Part shown: positions 48,415 to 61,795 of the stretch, one piece after another
Layout of the letters: the number at the start of each line of letters is the position of its first letter
Numbering within the stretch: the stretch's first letter is position 1
DNA from: Trypanosoma brucei
Lineage: Eukaryota
NCBI GenBank assembly: GCA_000002445.1
Contig: CM000207.1
Coordinates: 2,912,001 to 2,976,000 of the forward strand
DNA length: 64,000 nucleotides
Direction of reading: 5' to 3'
Made by a program: the position numbers and the translations under genes
Notes under the pieces: generated by a model
Seen by the model: the letters and a program-made list of their open reading frames with translations, nothing else
Told to the model about the DNA's origin: nothing
Database searches by the model: none

Positions 48415-51400
48415 CCCAGCGATGCCGGCCACCTCAACGTGGTGCCAGGGTCCAGTACACCGTATCATCGGGGGAAGCCAAGAGCCAGCAGCGTTCCTTT
48501 CATGGGGAACACTGCTTTGCTCCGGCTACGGCATTATACAGAACAGGGATCAGCAGCGTCTTGCTGGGACACCGTCTTTCATTTGTCCGTCCCTGGGCAC
48601 GTGCCAGCGTGCCATCAGCAGTATCATCCGCACTAAGATGCTGCTGTCCGGTGATGTGGAAAAAAATCCCAGTCCGTCGTTGCGCGGGATGCAGTGGAAC
48701 TGCGCCGGGCTATCTCAAGGAAAGAGATTAGCACTCCACAAAACCCTTGTTGATGAGCGGATCGCCTTTTGTCTGTTGAGCGAGACAAGGATGACGCCTG
48801 GAGAGGCGGCTTGCTTTAGCGTTGCTGGCTACCAAAATCACGGAATAGCTCGTAACTGCAAATGAGGTGGTGTATCAATACTAGTGAGGGAGGACCTGCC
48901 AGTCGAGACCGGTATGGCCGTTGTTGGTCGCATTGAACAAGTGCATGCAACAATTCACCTTGCACGTGGAACGGCGCTGACTGTCACGTCGGCATACATC
49001 CCACCAAAACACACCTTCACGGCAACTGACCTAGATACGCTTCTGACGACTGACGGTGCCCAGCTCATCGGTGCAGACGCTAACGCACACGCGTTGGCAT
49101 GGGATCGCGCGAACCCACCAAATACCAAGGGTGAAACCCTCACACAGTGGTGCATTAACAACCAGTTTCTGGTCTGCAACACTGGTGAGTCCACCAGGTA
49201 CGCGCGCCACCACGGGGAGTCCACCCCTGATGTGACACTGTCAAGGAATTGCACAGTGTACACGTGGGCATCGCTGTATTCTCCCGATAGCGATCACCAT
49301 CACATATTTTTCGACGTTATCGTTGGAGACGACACAGATGCACTGAGTTGCCCGCGGCTTCGAAAGCCCATGTACGCATGGTTAAAAGCTAACTGGAGGA
49401 ATTTCCGTCTCAAGGTTGACGAGCTCTGCAGGAAAATTGGTAGAGAGAAGAACGTCAACACCCTGGAACAGAAATTAAGCTCCACTATCCGCACTGCGAC
49501 GAAGTTCTCCGTCCCCCGTGGCTGCAGAGCAACGCCACCACATTGGACACCTGAGCTCGCGAAACTCGATGAAGAGATCCCTGGATGCGGACCCTCCCAC
49601 CGAAGGGAAAAGTTGGTAGCCACGCGTAAGCAGATCCTGGACCGTACCACAAAAAAGAGGTGAAGCACTCTATGCTCCAGACTTGCGGTGTCAGACCGCT
49701 GCAGTTGGCACATTGTCAAGAAGGTATACGCGCCACGACCACTAACCACACCGGCTGTACTTGTTGATAACACGGCCATCACGGACTACCGTCAAGCTGA
49801 GATGTTCAGTAAACTGTACTCGTCTCAAGCAAGAAGGCATCCCGACTCACACCCACCATCACCCATAAAGACGACAGAGAGTGAGTTCAGTCCCATCACG
49901 ATGGCTGAACTACGGAGATCGATCAAACTGCTACCGAGTGGATCCGCAGCCGGACCTGATTGCTTATACAACGAGGCACTGCAACATCTCGGTAGAACAG
50001 CGCTGAATGTTGTTCTGAGGCTATTCAATGAGAGCCTACGAACGGGAGTCGTGCCGCCTGCATGGAAGACTGGTGTTATCATCCCCATCCTGAAGGCCGG
50101 AAAAAAGGCGGAGGACCTTGATTCTTACAGGCCTGTGACGCTCACGAGCTGTCTCTGCAAAGTCATGGAACGCATAATTGCCGCGAGGCTTAGAGATACT
50201 GTTGAGTCCCAGCTGACGCCGCAGCAATCAGGCTTTCGCCCCGGATGCTCAACACTCGAACAACTCCTGCAGGTCCGTGCTGCCCTTTGCCGCCCCACGC
50301 ATCAATCTCGTACGGGTGCTGTATTCGTTGACTACGAGAAGGCATTTGATGCAGTAGACCACGACAAAATTGCGAGGGAAATGCACAGAATGAAGGTATC
50401 ACACCACATTGTGAAGTGGTGCGTATCATCTCTGAGTAACCGAACTGGCAGAGTGAGATTCAAGGAGAAGCTTTCCAGAAGCAGAACATTTGAGCGAGGA
50501 GTGCCACAAGGAACTGTCCTTGGCCCAATCATGTTCATTATTGTCATGAACTCGTTGAGCCAACGCCTTGCAGAAGTGCCGTTACTGCAGCACAGATTCT
50601 TTGCAGACGACCTGAAGCTACTTGCGAGGCACACAGAGAGGGATGTCATCAACCACACACTATAGTGCGGCCTAAACGTGGTGTTACAGTTGTCAAAAGA
50701 GTACTTCATGTCTGTAAACGTAGCGAAAACAAAATGCACACTCTTCGGGTGTATAGAGCGCCACCCCCTTACATTACAACTGGACGGCGAAAGAATAGGA
50801 GCTGACAGGACACCACAGCTTCTAGGAGTAACATTCCAGTGTCTGCAAGGGATGGCAACACATGCAGCCGAAACGAGACGCAAGATGGACTTCCGACTAC
50901 TGCAGATAGCAGCCATCTCAGCTTCTACATGGGGGCCAAGACGACAAGTACTGAGAGCTTTTTACGTAGCACTCGTACAGGCACACACCATGTATGGCAT
51001 TGAGGTATGGTACTGGGACGCTTCGGAACGAAGTCGTGACCTCCTTGCATCAGCACAACACAAAGCCAGTTGAATCATAGCCGGCATACCGCATGGGACG
51101 CGCAAAGAGAACTCTCTGCTGCAAGCAAACCTCCTGCCACTCAAGACGACCACTCTTGTGCGCAGCATGAAATTCATGCTGATGTGTGAGTCACGAGGCG
51201 GATGTTTACGGCGCAGTGCTGAAGAAGTATACCACAGCAAACACCCAGTCAGAGTCTTACATTCCCGCATCATGCGGTCCTACCCCCACCTCCGCATTGA
51301 GCCACGCGAGCACCCACTAGAGACATCGACGCTCCGCCACAGCTGCCGACCGATATTTCACACGCAGATAAAGCCTGTGTCCGCTGATGACCATGAAGAT

Positions 51401-53677
51401 GTCAAAAGGGAGGCTTCCGAAAAGTGGATTGAACGGCATTTTACACGGAGGGGGAAAGGAGCCACCGCGGCGAGAGCACTACGAATTGTGTACTGATGGA
51501 TCCGTGTCCCTCGGTGAGAAGTCCGGAGCAGCTACCCTGCTCTATAGAAACAACACGCTGATTTGTGCACCCAAAACGGGAGCAGGGGAACTCTCATGTA
51601 GTTACAGAGCGGAATGCGTAGCATTAGAGATAGGACTGCAACGGCTGCTGAAATGGCTTCCGGCATACAGAAGCACACTGAGCAGGTTGTCCATCTTCTC
51701 TGACTCGCTGTCAATGTTAACAGCACTGCAGACAGGCCCCCTAGCCGTGACGGACCCAATTCTGAGACGACTATGGAGGCTTCTGCTTCAACTTCAGAGA
51801 AGGAAGGTGCGCATCCGACTGCAATTTGTGTTTGGCCATTGTGGTGTGAAACGGAATGAGGTTTGTGACGAAATGGCCAAAAAGGCCGCAGATTTACCAC
51901 AGTTGCGAGACACATAGATCCCCGACATCATTGCTTATGCGAAGCGAGTGCTTAGGTCGGAAGAAGTCCATGAGAACACTCATAGGTTTGGTATCACGGC
52001 AACCACTTTCCAACAAAACATAAAGAAGAACTGACGAGGGAAGAAGAAACAACAGTGGCACGCTTTCGGGTTGGGTTTTCAAGGCACTATGGATGGATGT
52101 TGCGAAAGATCAACCCGAGTGTGCCTCCACAGTGCCGATAGTGTAACCCGCAACATGCAGCGATAGGACCAACAATACAAACGGTCCCAACTGTTGCGAC
52201 ACGCACTCTTCAGAGAACCTCCGAACCGACCAAATGTACGGAATGCAATGCCACATACCAATGCCGGTCGAGTGCTGTAACGCACATGGTAAACAAACAC
52301 GGCTTTGTGCGAGCTGATGCCCTCCGGAGGATCAAATACGGCGATGCAAGACCTGCAGTGGATATCCCCCCGGAGCCCCCTCCAGTGGTGGCAATCGTTC
52401 CTTTACCATCGAGCACACGAGTCCCGATGAGACTGCAGGTGCTTCATTGTACCCTCTGTGCCTCCAAATTCGCAGTGCCAGGCCGACTATTACACCACCT
52501 TCAAACGATACATGGCATAGGCAGCGGTAGTTGCCGCGTGAAAAGGGGGCGAGAGAACGAGGACTCATTGCAAGGAGATGGTAGCGTCCCAGCAGCGCCA
52601 GCCCCTCAGGATACACGGAAGCTGCCATTTCAATGTGACCTGTGCGAGGCGAGCTTCGGTACACGTTCTTCCCTGTCACTACACAAGAAATTCAAACATA
52701 AGAGCATAGTGACGGAGGATGGTACCGTGGTGGTGGTGCAATTCCCCCGTAAGCGTGCCCGTGAGGGAAACGTTGACGTCCCGGGGAAAGGCGAGGTGCA
52801 GTGTGGTGTGTGCCAAAAAGTGCTCAGTTGCAGGGACACCCTCATCCGACACTGTAAAGCTTTCCACAAAGGTGAGGGAGTCGAGCTTAAATGCAGCAAA
52901 AGCACAAAACTGTGTGCCACTGATTCCCCGCATACAAACGCATCCATGTTGATGTGCCCACATGCGGAAGGCAGTGTGCTAGCAAAATTGGCCTCACCTT
53001 ACATCAAAAGAAGATGCACGGTATGAAGGTAGAGCGCGCTGTTACCAGCCAACGCGGCAACTGCGAAGAAACGTCGCTGCACTTGATGAGCTGCCCCGGT
53101 TTGAAGGAGTTACGTGTCAGGTTTGCGGTAGAAGGTGAGTGTGTGTGCAGGATGTATGTTTCACTAAAATGCTGGCGCAGTGTCTCATTGCGGTTGAACG
53201 GAGCCGGCCGCAGGTGAAGTCCTCACCTAATGTAACAGTTATACAACCCACTCTCCCTTCTGCAACTTTCCCCCTTATTTCCGAGTGTGGAGCTAGCAGG
53301 AAAAGCACCGGACGCAGGAATAGTCCAGACACCCTCAGAGACAGAGAGGGGGTATGCAGTCAACAAGCAACAGAAACAGAAAAAGGGGAAGAGAATAATA
53401 AACGAATAACAAAAATCAAAACAAAAGGATTGCTAATTGACATCTTTGGGAGAGTCTGGGGTGGGGGACTTCTTGCCCCATCTGCTGTATTCCGTTCAAC
53501 TGCGGAGCTACAACAAAAATTATAGAGAGTGTGTTAGGCCGAAAAAAAAATGGAGACTCTGCCACAGTCGCCAGATCGATAGCATCTCAGGGATCTACAG
53601 TGATGGCTGATGGCCGCGCCAGTGGGGGGAAACTCCCACGAAGGCACGAAGAAAATTAAATATATATATATATATAC
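48415..53677 (+). mobile_element. ingi: ingi retrotransposon, full length (about 5.26 kb), copy 2, sense on the plus strand; more decayed than copy 1
   Basis: 5' end CCCAGCGATGCCGGCCACCTCAACGTGGTGCCAGGGTCCAGTAC. About 95% amino-acid identity to copy 1 over shared ORF pieces. 3' end ...CACGAAGGCACGAAGAAAATT followed by an A/TA-rich tail at 53659-53677. Confidence 0.9.
48422..53217 (+). pseudogene. ingi ORF, copy 2, broken into at least 8 frame segments (48422-48865, 48884-49663, 49688-50665, 50678-51073, 51158-51496, 51387-51917, 52286-53026, 52954-53217)
   Basis: Same domain order as copy 1. The 2A-like motif is mutated to DVEKNPSP. RT motif FVDYEKAFDAVDHDKI. Zinc fingers retained. Confidence 0.85.
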
Positions 53678-55059
53678 GTTAATAGGATTAGTAGACGAAA
53701 GGAAAGAAAATAAAGTAAAAAGTGAAACAACAGAATAGGTGGAAACACAGTGCATAACTGAATAAAATGATACAAGAGAATATTATGCTTGAAATGTCAC
53801 ATAAAATTGGTTAGATTCTACCGCAGAAATAATGGCGACTGTGTTTGAAATGCATGAACGGCACCAAATATTGATCACTAGGTTTGCGGGCCTACCTACA
53901 ACTGGTTGTATGGGGGAGTGCTGTAAGTTGAAGATAAACAGAATCCGATTGCAAAGGAAAAGGATGTAAAATGATTTTGGTGGTAATTTTTTTGAATAGG
54001 TCTGCCGACAGTAGCGAATAATAATAATAATAATGCAGCGGATATAAAGTGGCGCTACTTGTACATGAATGAATGAAACTCCTCAGTGTCAGAAGAAAAA
54101 GTTATCATCGAGCGTCAAGCAGTGTGTTGGAGGGTTTGATGGCCAAGAACAATCATGAATAAGCAAAATTTAGTTTAAAAAAGCAAAGTATAAGAAACAC
54201 AGCACTTTTCTCATGTTTTTTTGGGATAACAAACCAACAAACGGCCCACACATCTAACGGAGACCTAATAATGAAAGAAACTGTCAACAACCTGGCAGTA
54301 ACACGCACACTAAGTTTCATCCAACACAAGGTGCGGCTCAGAGCAAAAAACGACCTACAGCCACCATGTCTCATTTTAATTCTAACAAACTACATCTCTA
54401 TGCGCCCACGAACAAGTGCAATGGCCACAGAATGTGCATTACGCCAAAAAGGCCTAAATAGGGGGCCAAAAATGAAACAATAAATCACAAAGTGGAACCT
54501 AACCGACAAAAAGTAGCAAGCGCAGGGTAAGGTTGCAGTAGTTACTCCACCGCCAGTTAAAACTACTAAACTAAGAACGGGAGCCCAAAACACATATTCG
54601 GCGAAGCACATGCTGAACAGCAAGCAGAAACCTTAAGAGAGTAGGCAGAAGTTTAATGTCAGTTCCGGAGCTGGCGCTGCGACGCGGCAAACAACGAGAA
54701 ACCAATAAAAGAGAGGCGATGCGCACAAAATTTGGACGGGCTACCAAAACAGCCAACGCTAGAAATGTCACGGCCGAGTTAACTCTAGCACGTCTACACG
54801 GCACGGAGGAAACACCATCAGCAATAATAGACGTGGGCCGACAGCCAAGTCCAACAAAGCAGGATGTCAACGGCAGTAACGTGTGTCAAAACAAAAGCGC
54901 CAATGCGAAACAACATGCGATCTTGCCGTTAAAGGCAGTAAAAACCACAAATAAAGCGTCTCCAGCGATCAAAAATCAGGCAATACATCCCCTTAGAATC
55001 TTCACAAAAACGAAAAGCAAGCAAAGTATCACAAAGCAAATGCGGCTAGTGGCACAAGT

Positions 55060-56564
55060 GGCAGCAGCACTAATGGCAACACTATTGAAAAGCGACAGTG
55101 CGTTCAGAAGCCAACGCGGCGGACTTGCACTTGCTTTGTGCAGCCTTCAGGCTAGGCGGAGTGGACATGCAGTTGCCAGAAATAAAGGAGCTGAAACAAG
55201 CAGACATAGATGAGCTCAGAACAATGAACATGTCAACAGCAGAAGCCAACTGGTAGGAGTTATTTAAAGGGGACCCTAACAAAGACACGTGGCAGGCACG
55301 AAAAACCACAATAAAAAAATAACCTTTCTTAATGCACTGGGAACAATCATTCCCACAATGGCAGCAAGACTATCAACGAGCAATTAAGACAGGCAACGGC
55401 AAGACATGGCTAGCAGAACACAAAGCACCATCCAACGAGTGGCACAGGCAGCTAGCCGCACATACCATAAATGAAACACTTGAACAGATATTAAGTCTGC
55501 GAAAAAGCTACGACAAGATTAAAAGCGATATAACCGAAACGAAGGCCAAACAAGTGAAGGAACTCATATGCGAAGCTCTGTACGGTGAGGGGAAAACGGA
55601 CTGCACACCAAAAGCAACAGTAACAACAACAGCCGACACAACATGGTCGACCAGCTGCGGCGACAACGGCGGCAAAAGCATCGTAGGAGACATGCTCTGC
55701 CTGTGCTGCGCAAACAGCGGCACCAATACTGCGGACAGTGACAACAGCAATATAGCGTGCGACTGGACCAGCAGCATTATCGGCAAATTCGAAGCCGTCA
55801 CAGCCAAATGCCCCAGCCAAAAACCCGCAAAAATAACGCCACAACTACTTGCAACGACAATAGCGCAATTAAAAAGCGGGATAAGGCACAAGGACCAAGG
55901 AAGCGCAATCAAATTCCACCTCGGAAAAGACCCTAACAGTTGCACCGGAAACAGCGGACAACTTTGCTTGGAATACCCTGCCGCTGCCAAAGGAGGCAGC
56001 GGAGGCGCGGGTCTAGACGCAATACCATGGCTCAAAAAGATGAACGACGCACAGGCAAAGGCAGACGAAATAGTGGCCTCGGCAGCTGAGGCACAAAGCA
56101 CGGCCATGCTCATAGAGCTTCTAATAGCATCAGCGAAAGCCACATACAGCGACCCGGCTGTCAACATACAAACCAGCCAAGAATACATTACAGGCGTGGT
56201 GCCACCTATCCCTAACCCACGTCAAGCAAGTACAACAAATAAAACTTGCATGTTAAAAGGCACCGGAGATGCCTGCAAAGATGGCTGCAAAGAAATTACA
56301 GAAAATAACCAAAAAAAGTGTGTAGTAGATGCAGAAGCGGCGAAGCAACCAGCGCGATCAGGAAATGGAGGAAATGGAGAAACAGCAACAGATAAGTGTA
56401 GCGCGGCGAAAACTCGTGGGGAATGCGCTGCAGTGAAATGTTAAATTCCAAAAGATAAAAAAGCTGTTTTTTGGTGGAAAGAAGGCAAGTGCAAGGATTC
56501 CAGCTTTCTTGTCCTTAAGAAATTGGCTCTGCTGGGTGCTGTTTTTACCGCCTTGATTTTCTAA
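55060..56564 (+). pseudogene. VSG: VSG pseudogene (N-terminal start region with frameshifts at about 55060-55330; 370-aa ORF 55332-56444; a single in-frame TAA at 56442-56444; then an in-frame tail IPKDKKAVFWWKEGKCKDSSFLVLKKLALLGAVFTALIF*)
   Basis: A-type N-domain (..ICEALYGEG.., ..MLCLCCANSG..), C-domain ..CMLKGTGDACKDGCKEITENNQKKCV... Apart from the one TAA, the gene would read through to a complete GPI signal. Confidence 0.75.
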
Positions 56565-56601
56565 AAGAATTTCCCCCCTCAACTTTTTCTTGCTGAAAAT
56601 T

Positions 56602-56617
56602 TGATATATTTTAACGG
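56602..56617 (+). promoter_or_regulatory. VSG 3'UTR 16-mer variant TGATATATTTTAACGG (14/16)
   Basis: About 40 nt after the GPI-tail stop, preceded by a TTCCCCCC 8-mer-like element. Confidence 0.6.
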
Positions 56618-56774
56618 TTTTTGATGAAATATGCAATTTTTGAAAATTTATCAAAATATGAAAATCTGTAATTTTCATATGAAAGTTGACTATGGGTGTA
56701 AAGTAGTAGGGTGATGTGGTATGTAAAATAAAATAGATACTTTTTTTTAAGTTTGGTTTTATTACCTTGTTATG

Positions 56775-56865
56775 GATATTATTTATCGTCATAATAATAT
56801 GTATAATGATGATTATAGGAATGTGTTTTGAGTATGTAAATATACTAATATTATAATAAAAGTAT
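56775..56865 (+). repeat. 70-bp repeat unit (degenerate), forward
   Basis: CATAATAATATGTATAATGATGATTATAGGAATGTGTTTTGAGTATGTAAATATACTAATATTATAATAAAAG. Confidence 0.6.
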
Positions 56866-57764
56866 TTGTCAAGACTGAATTGACATGCCAAATTCACCCT
56901 TTTCAAACAATAACAACTGTGTAATGTAAGTAAGTGAGTGGTAAGGGGAGAACAAAGTTTAAAGAGGAAGTGAGAAGTATTGTTATTAAGGAAACTAAGA
57001 AGGAAGAAAATAGAAGAATAGGGAATGCTTCCGGCTTCAAACACTAGTATGACAATGGGCATCATCATGCACAAGATAATGGAGACAAAGAACCAAGTGT
57101 ACAAGGCAACTGCTGTATATAAGCTATTGATAACGGTAGAAGCAGTGTAAGAAAAAGCAGAACTCAGAGGGAATATAGTGCTTTAGGATGAGCTAATTAT
57201 GCCCGTATACCTATCAAACATGGATAGATGAGTGTGCATATATGGTGGTGAAGGCTATGGTTTTTAATTTTCTGGCGAGTAGAAAAATGAGGCAAAAAAG
57301 TGGGATAAGAACTTAATTAGTAGAGTCTTTATCATGTTTTTACATCGATGGCAGAGTAGAGACTGAGAAAGCTCGTAAATGACGCTCACATGTTGTTTTT
57401 GTTTGCTATTCATGTTAAATTACAAAATGAAAGTGGAACAACAGCACCATAGTGGCTAGCTAACGCACACCAAACAGACAATAACGTAGACTAATCTTTT
57501 ACACCGTGTTGCCTCGATCAACCATGAGTAAATAAGTCTGTAGAGGCACTCTGCAGGTATGCAAAGCTTGAAGGCAGTTTCATGGCAACAAAACAGAAGA
57601 TTTTGCAGATGCTCTGCATAAAAATGTGCAAATTAGTAAAATATATGTGTGAAAATGGCTTTTCAGTGCAAAGTTTACAGTGATACAGTATCAAAAATGA
57701 GTACTAATGTGAAAGTTTCTAATTTGGTTCATTTTCATCATCTTGTGGATATTTGTTAAGGCTA

Positions 57765-57835
57765 TAAAAGCGATAATAACAATGATAATGACAAGAGTGT
57801 GTGTGTATATACTAATATCATAATATAAGTACTGG
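57765..57835 (+). repeat. 70-bp repeat unit, forward
   Basis: GATAATAACAATGATAATGACAAGAGTGTGTGTGTATATACTAATATCATAATATAAG. Confidence 0.65.
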
Positions 57836-58869
57836 AGAAAAGCGCATTGTCGACCAGTATAGAAGCACATAAACCAGTGGAAAGGGTGAAACGAGGGTAA
57901 GTGATTGAGTGGAGCAGGGACGTACTGAAAGGGAATGAGGCATATTGTCAAATGACACTAAGAAAGACAGAAAGAGAAGATAGAATATACATGGCTTCAA
58001 ACATAAAAATGACTATAGGCATTATCATACACGGGAGGATTATTGAGGAATAAAATGTGGAAAAGACAAAATCCGCTGTACATGAAAATTTGCGTTTCTA
58101 CGTTATTAGCAGTGGTAGAAGCGGAGATAGAAAACTGTAAAACACAGCATATAACAGAAGTAAATGATAGAGGAAAACAGATTATACACTCAAATTAACT
58201 CAACAATGGACAGATACCACTTCAATGATGGACATATAAACCACGGGGGAAGTAGTTGTGGAGCCTGCGCTATTGGAAATGCGTATTGAAAACGGACGGT
58301 TGTGCTATTTATCACAGGAAGATGGTAAGACCTTTAGTATATATAAAACAAACAGTAAAACTAGCTATCCCTATTCCCACATCAATATGTGGAGGTGAAA
58401 TATGAAGAATACAAGGAACATCAGAATACACGAGTAAATAGTAGTGGGTGTGTTTAAACATAACTTCTATAAAAAAAAGTATATTACTACTCAAATAAAG
58501 GCTTTAGATACTACGCACACGCACTATTCAGCAACTACATTATTACAATATAAAGAAAATAGTCATATATGCAAGCACTATGGTACAACAAATGATTTAT
58601 TTTGTAATTTTTCTTACATTTCCTTATAGCAATTTCAAACTTTATTAGTATGTTAGGAGAATAAAATTTGTATTTTGAGAACTTCAATATTACCATTGAT
58701 ATTGCATTTAACCTGATTAAGCTCAATATCTTTGCAAGGTAATAAAATAAATAGCATGACAAATATAAGACAGAACGTTCCTAAGAAGACTAGAGTCTTC
58801 GTGGTTTTAGTTCAAACTCATGCAACTGAAGGATAGTGTAAGCTCATATTAAGTGCCAAACTAAAGCAT

Positions 58870-59575
58870 GTTGAAATTATTACAATTACTATGGGAGGTT
58901 TGTATACTCATGTCAGGCGGCCTAGATGGGTTATGGAATTTTTAGAGAAACAGAATGCAAGTGATGAGGATATTGTAATTCACTTGTATGGATCTGATGT
59001 TATTGTTTTTGATCGTGATAAATATGAAAATGCTGTAGAATATTTCATTCATTAAAACATCTGAGTGTTATGGTCCACACTTAGAGTTAAATATGAATTT
59101 GTAGCATAGGGAACATGTGGAGAGATGCTATTGGTTTTTTAATGTTGGACAAATAAAAGATAAAAAGTTAACTCATTTACTGAAGTCTTATCCTAGTGGC
59201 AGACATTATATTAGTTGCGGTGGTTTGATAGCGAGAGTATGGGCATTTAACAAATTTGAATACGCATTTGGAGAGTTACTAAAAGGTAATGATGAATGAT
59301 TGTCAGATCAACGTATTTACAAACCGTTGCTAATATGGAGTGCAATTCAAGAAGAAGCTGTTGGACAGAGATTCGTTTTGAAGAGAAAATTAATTGGATT
59401 GTATTATGATAAGAGATTATTCTCCATTCCCAATAGTGGTGAAATTGGAGAAGCATCATTCATTCATTTTTCAGGTCAGCCAATTGCATGGGAGGAAAAA
59501 GCTAAGTTAATTGTTAAAAATCTTACTTGGTATAACGAATTGGAATTAAGGTGGTTTGGTACAAGACATTTGTAG
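58870..59575 (+). pseudogene. Beta-1,3-glycosyltransferase-like pseudogene fragment (diverged paralogue of 23204-24258), pieces at about 58880-59060, 59117-59299, 59300-59575
   Basis: ..RRPRWVMEFLEKQNASDEDIVIHLYGSDVIVFDRDKYENAVEYF.. parallels ..GGLRNWVWEEDL..KADDDIFMRVPLYLQYLE.. at the other locus. ..YISCGGLIARVWAFNKFEYAF.. parallels ..CYVVGYANTISRDVV...FRNFEKYIEYA... Broken by stops. Lies about 300 bp upstream of a VSG. Confidence 0.45.
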
Positions 59576-59876
59576 AAATAAAAGCTTGTTTGATACATGA
59601 GATGAAATGGGAATTTCAACTTTCGAGTATTTGTTGCAAATTCAGCATACAAGAAGATCTAAATAGTACGACCAAAAGATAGGCGGTATCAAGGCAAAAA
59701 AGTAGAAAATATGTCTGTGGAGCACCCTTCTAGTTTGATAGCTCTGTGCTATTTGCAGTACGGAGGGAAGTTCTTCGGACATATAGAGATGACCACAACC
59801 GGAGCAGAGTGAGAACACAACCAACTTTACAACAAACAATTACGACGGCACCTCAACAACGCAGCAGCAATATACT

Positions 59877-61436
59877 ATGATTCGCCCTTTATCCGAAGTC
59901 GAACTTGTAATTCCTTTAATGCAAAAGTTATTTTTAAATACTTTGGCGGCAACTTCACACAAAAGAAAGGTATACAAACAGACTATGCTTGGCCATGTCT
60001 TATCAATAGTGCTAATAGCCGCTTTACGGTTGGCAGACGGAGCCGCTGATGATAACGCAGCGGTACATCAATTCATGTGTAGGCTAACAGCGCTAGCGGC
60101 GACACCCGTAGAACCACCGGCGATAGAAACAAACACTGATTGGGTGATGACGACACTCGAGCAGTTAAACGCTTCGACCACCGACACCAAGTGGCAGGCA
60201 ATGTTTGACACATCAGAAGCTAACACAAAAGGCGAACAATTCCCAGAAATTAGACCAGCAGTGCAGCACAAGAAAGAATGGAAGGAAGCTTGGCCTCTCT
60301 GGTGGAGATCGTTCCAAGCCGCGAGGGCGGCAAAAATAAACTCCGATGAAAACAAAGACTACAAACGTATCTCCGACAAACAACAGCTTGCAGCACTACA
60401 CTCATTAGTCGAAACGCTAGCAGCGGAGGCGGCAACAGTAAACACAAAGTATCTAGCAGCCAAAACCAAAGCGACGGTAACAGAAAAGGAAACAGCCCAA
60501 AACGCACTAACTGCGGCACTCTATGGCGGCGATGGCACACAGTCAACAGTCGCGCGGCCAGCCACCATTGCCGCGGGCAGTACTTACACAGCAGTCTGCG
60601 GCAAAGCGGCAAAGGGCAAGAGTCTCATAAGAGATTTCTTCTGCCTTTGCAATGCGGCGGTAGCATCCCAGAAAGTATGTACAGATGCCTACTCAGGAGC
60701 CGACTGGGGCGGATCAGTAACAGCAACGAACCTAGAGTGGACGGCCCTAAAACGGACATGCCCGGCAACAGAAGCTGAGCAAGCGACTCCGGAACTCATT
60801 CAGGAGTTCCTAGCCGCTTTTACAGCGACCCTGACGCAGAAATCAAGCGGCAGCGAACTGTATGTCAGGCTGGGAAAATCAGAGGACCACACGTGCGACG
60901 GCACCAGCAACAAAGTTTGCGTAGACTACAGCGAGCACTTTAAGAAAAACTCTGGAAAAGGGATTCAAGCGATAGCATGGTTCAAAAAATTGCAGGAAGC
61001 AGCCACAGCCCTGCGTCGCATGTATTCAGCGGCCCAATTAGCAGAAGCCTATGCTACACAATTGATTGCATACAAAACGAACGCTGATGCAGCATATGAA
61101 GCGGCAATAGCAGGAAAACTTGTCAGAGCAGCAGAAGCAGCCAACCAAGCAAGTAAGGACAAAACCACGGTAAGCCCGGCAGCAGACTCAAACTGTGCAC
61201 AATACAGGGCAAACAAGACTTGCACAGAAAATGACTGCAAATGGGATAGCACTAAAGAGACAACAGGAAAATACTGCAAACCTAAAGATGGAGAAGGACA
61301 GACAAACACAGCAGTAGGAACAGGAGAGGCACCAAATGCAGAAGGCAAAAAGTGCTCCGAAAAAAAACTGGGTCCGACTGCAAAGATGGTTGCAAATGAG
61401 ATGGAAAAGAGTTCAAAGATTACAGTTTTGGAATAA
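59877..61436 (+). CDS. VSG: VSG (519-aa ORF; probable true start at M about 59985: MLGHVLSIVLIAALRLADGAA; complete N-domain). The C-terminus is disrupted by a frameshift in an A9 run (about 61360-61369) and a TGA (61397-61399), which leave the GPI tail KDYSFGITKKLALAAVSPVALAAFSLF (to about 61520) out of frame
   Basis: A-type N-domain (..FMCRLTALAAT.., ..FFCLCNAAVASQKVC..), C-domain ..CAQYRANKTCTENDCKWDSTKETTGKYCK... The alternative frame reads ..KTGSDCKDGCK*DGKEFKDYSF.., with TGA in place of the consensus Trp codon. Confidence 0.75.
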   Translation: MIRPLSEVELVIPLMQKLFLNTLAATSHKRKVYKQTMLGHVLSIVLIAALRLADGAADDNAAVHQFMCRLTALAATPVEPPAIETNTDWVMTTLEQLNASTTDTKWQAMFDTSEANTKGEQFPEIRPAVQHKKEWKEAWPLWWRSFQAARAAKINSDENKDYKRISDKQQLAALHSLVETLAAEAATVNTKYLAAKTKATVTEKETAQNALTAALYGGDGTQSTVARPATIAAGSTYTAVCGKAAKGKSLIRDFFCLCNAAVASQKVCTDAYSGADWGGSVTATNLEWTALKRTCPATEAEQATPELIQEFLAAFTATLTQKSSGSELYVRLGKSEDHTCDGTSNKVCVDYSEHFKKNSGKGIQAIAWFKKLQEAATALRRMYSAAQLAEAYATQLIAYKTNADAAYEAAIAGKLVRAAEAANQASKDKTTVSPAADSNCAQYRANKTCTENDCKWDSTKETTGKYCKPKDGEGQTNTAVGTGEAPNAEGKKCSEKKLGPTAKMVANEMEKSSKITVLE

Positions 61437-61679
61437 CTAAGAAACTTGCTCTGGCTGCTGTTTCTCCTGTAGCATTGGCAGCATTTTCACTATTCCAAGT
61501 GTTTTTTCCAAATTTTATGCTGTTTATAAAAAGTATGAAATTTGGTATGAAAGTGGCCTGGGGGAGAAAACTAGTAAGATTATGAAGTATGAAAATGAGT
61601 GCCGCTCTATTTTGTTTTATTTTATTTTTTAACGAATATTAGTTAGGGTTATAATAGGAGTGGTAATTATAAGAATTTG

Positions 61680-61795
61680 TTTTGTATATAGTAATATTAT
61701 GATAAGAAGAGTAATGATAATAATAATAATGATAATGATAGTAATGATGGGAGAGTGTTGTGAGTGTGTATATATGAATATTATAATATGAAAAG
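61680..61795 (+). repeat. 70-bp repeat (one or two units), forward
   Basis: AGAGTAATGATAATAATAATAATGATAATGATAGTAATGATGGGAGAGTGTTGTGAGTGTGTATATATGAATATTATAATATGAAAAG, a near-consensus unit. Confidence 0.8.

Noticed and set aside
53677-55060. Expectation that the missing N-terminal half of the ingi-truncated VSG (47718-48410) would lie just beyond the ingi 3' end
   Set aside because: The minus-strand ORFs in 53677-54870 show no VSG N-domain features, so a simple split-gene configuration around ingi copy 2 is not supported.
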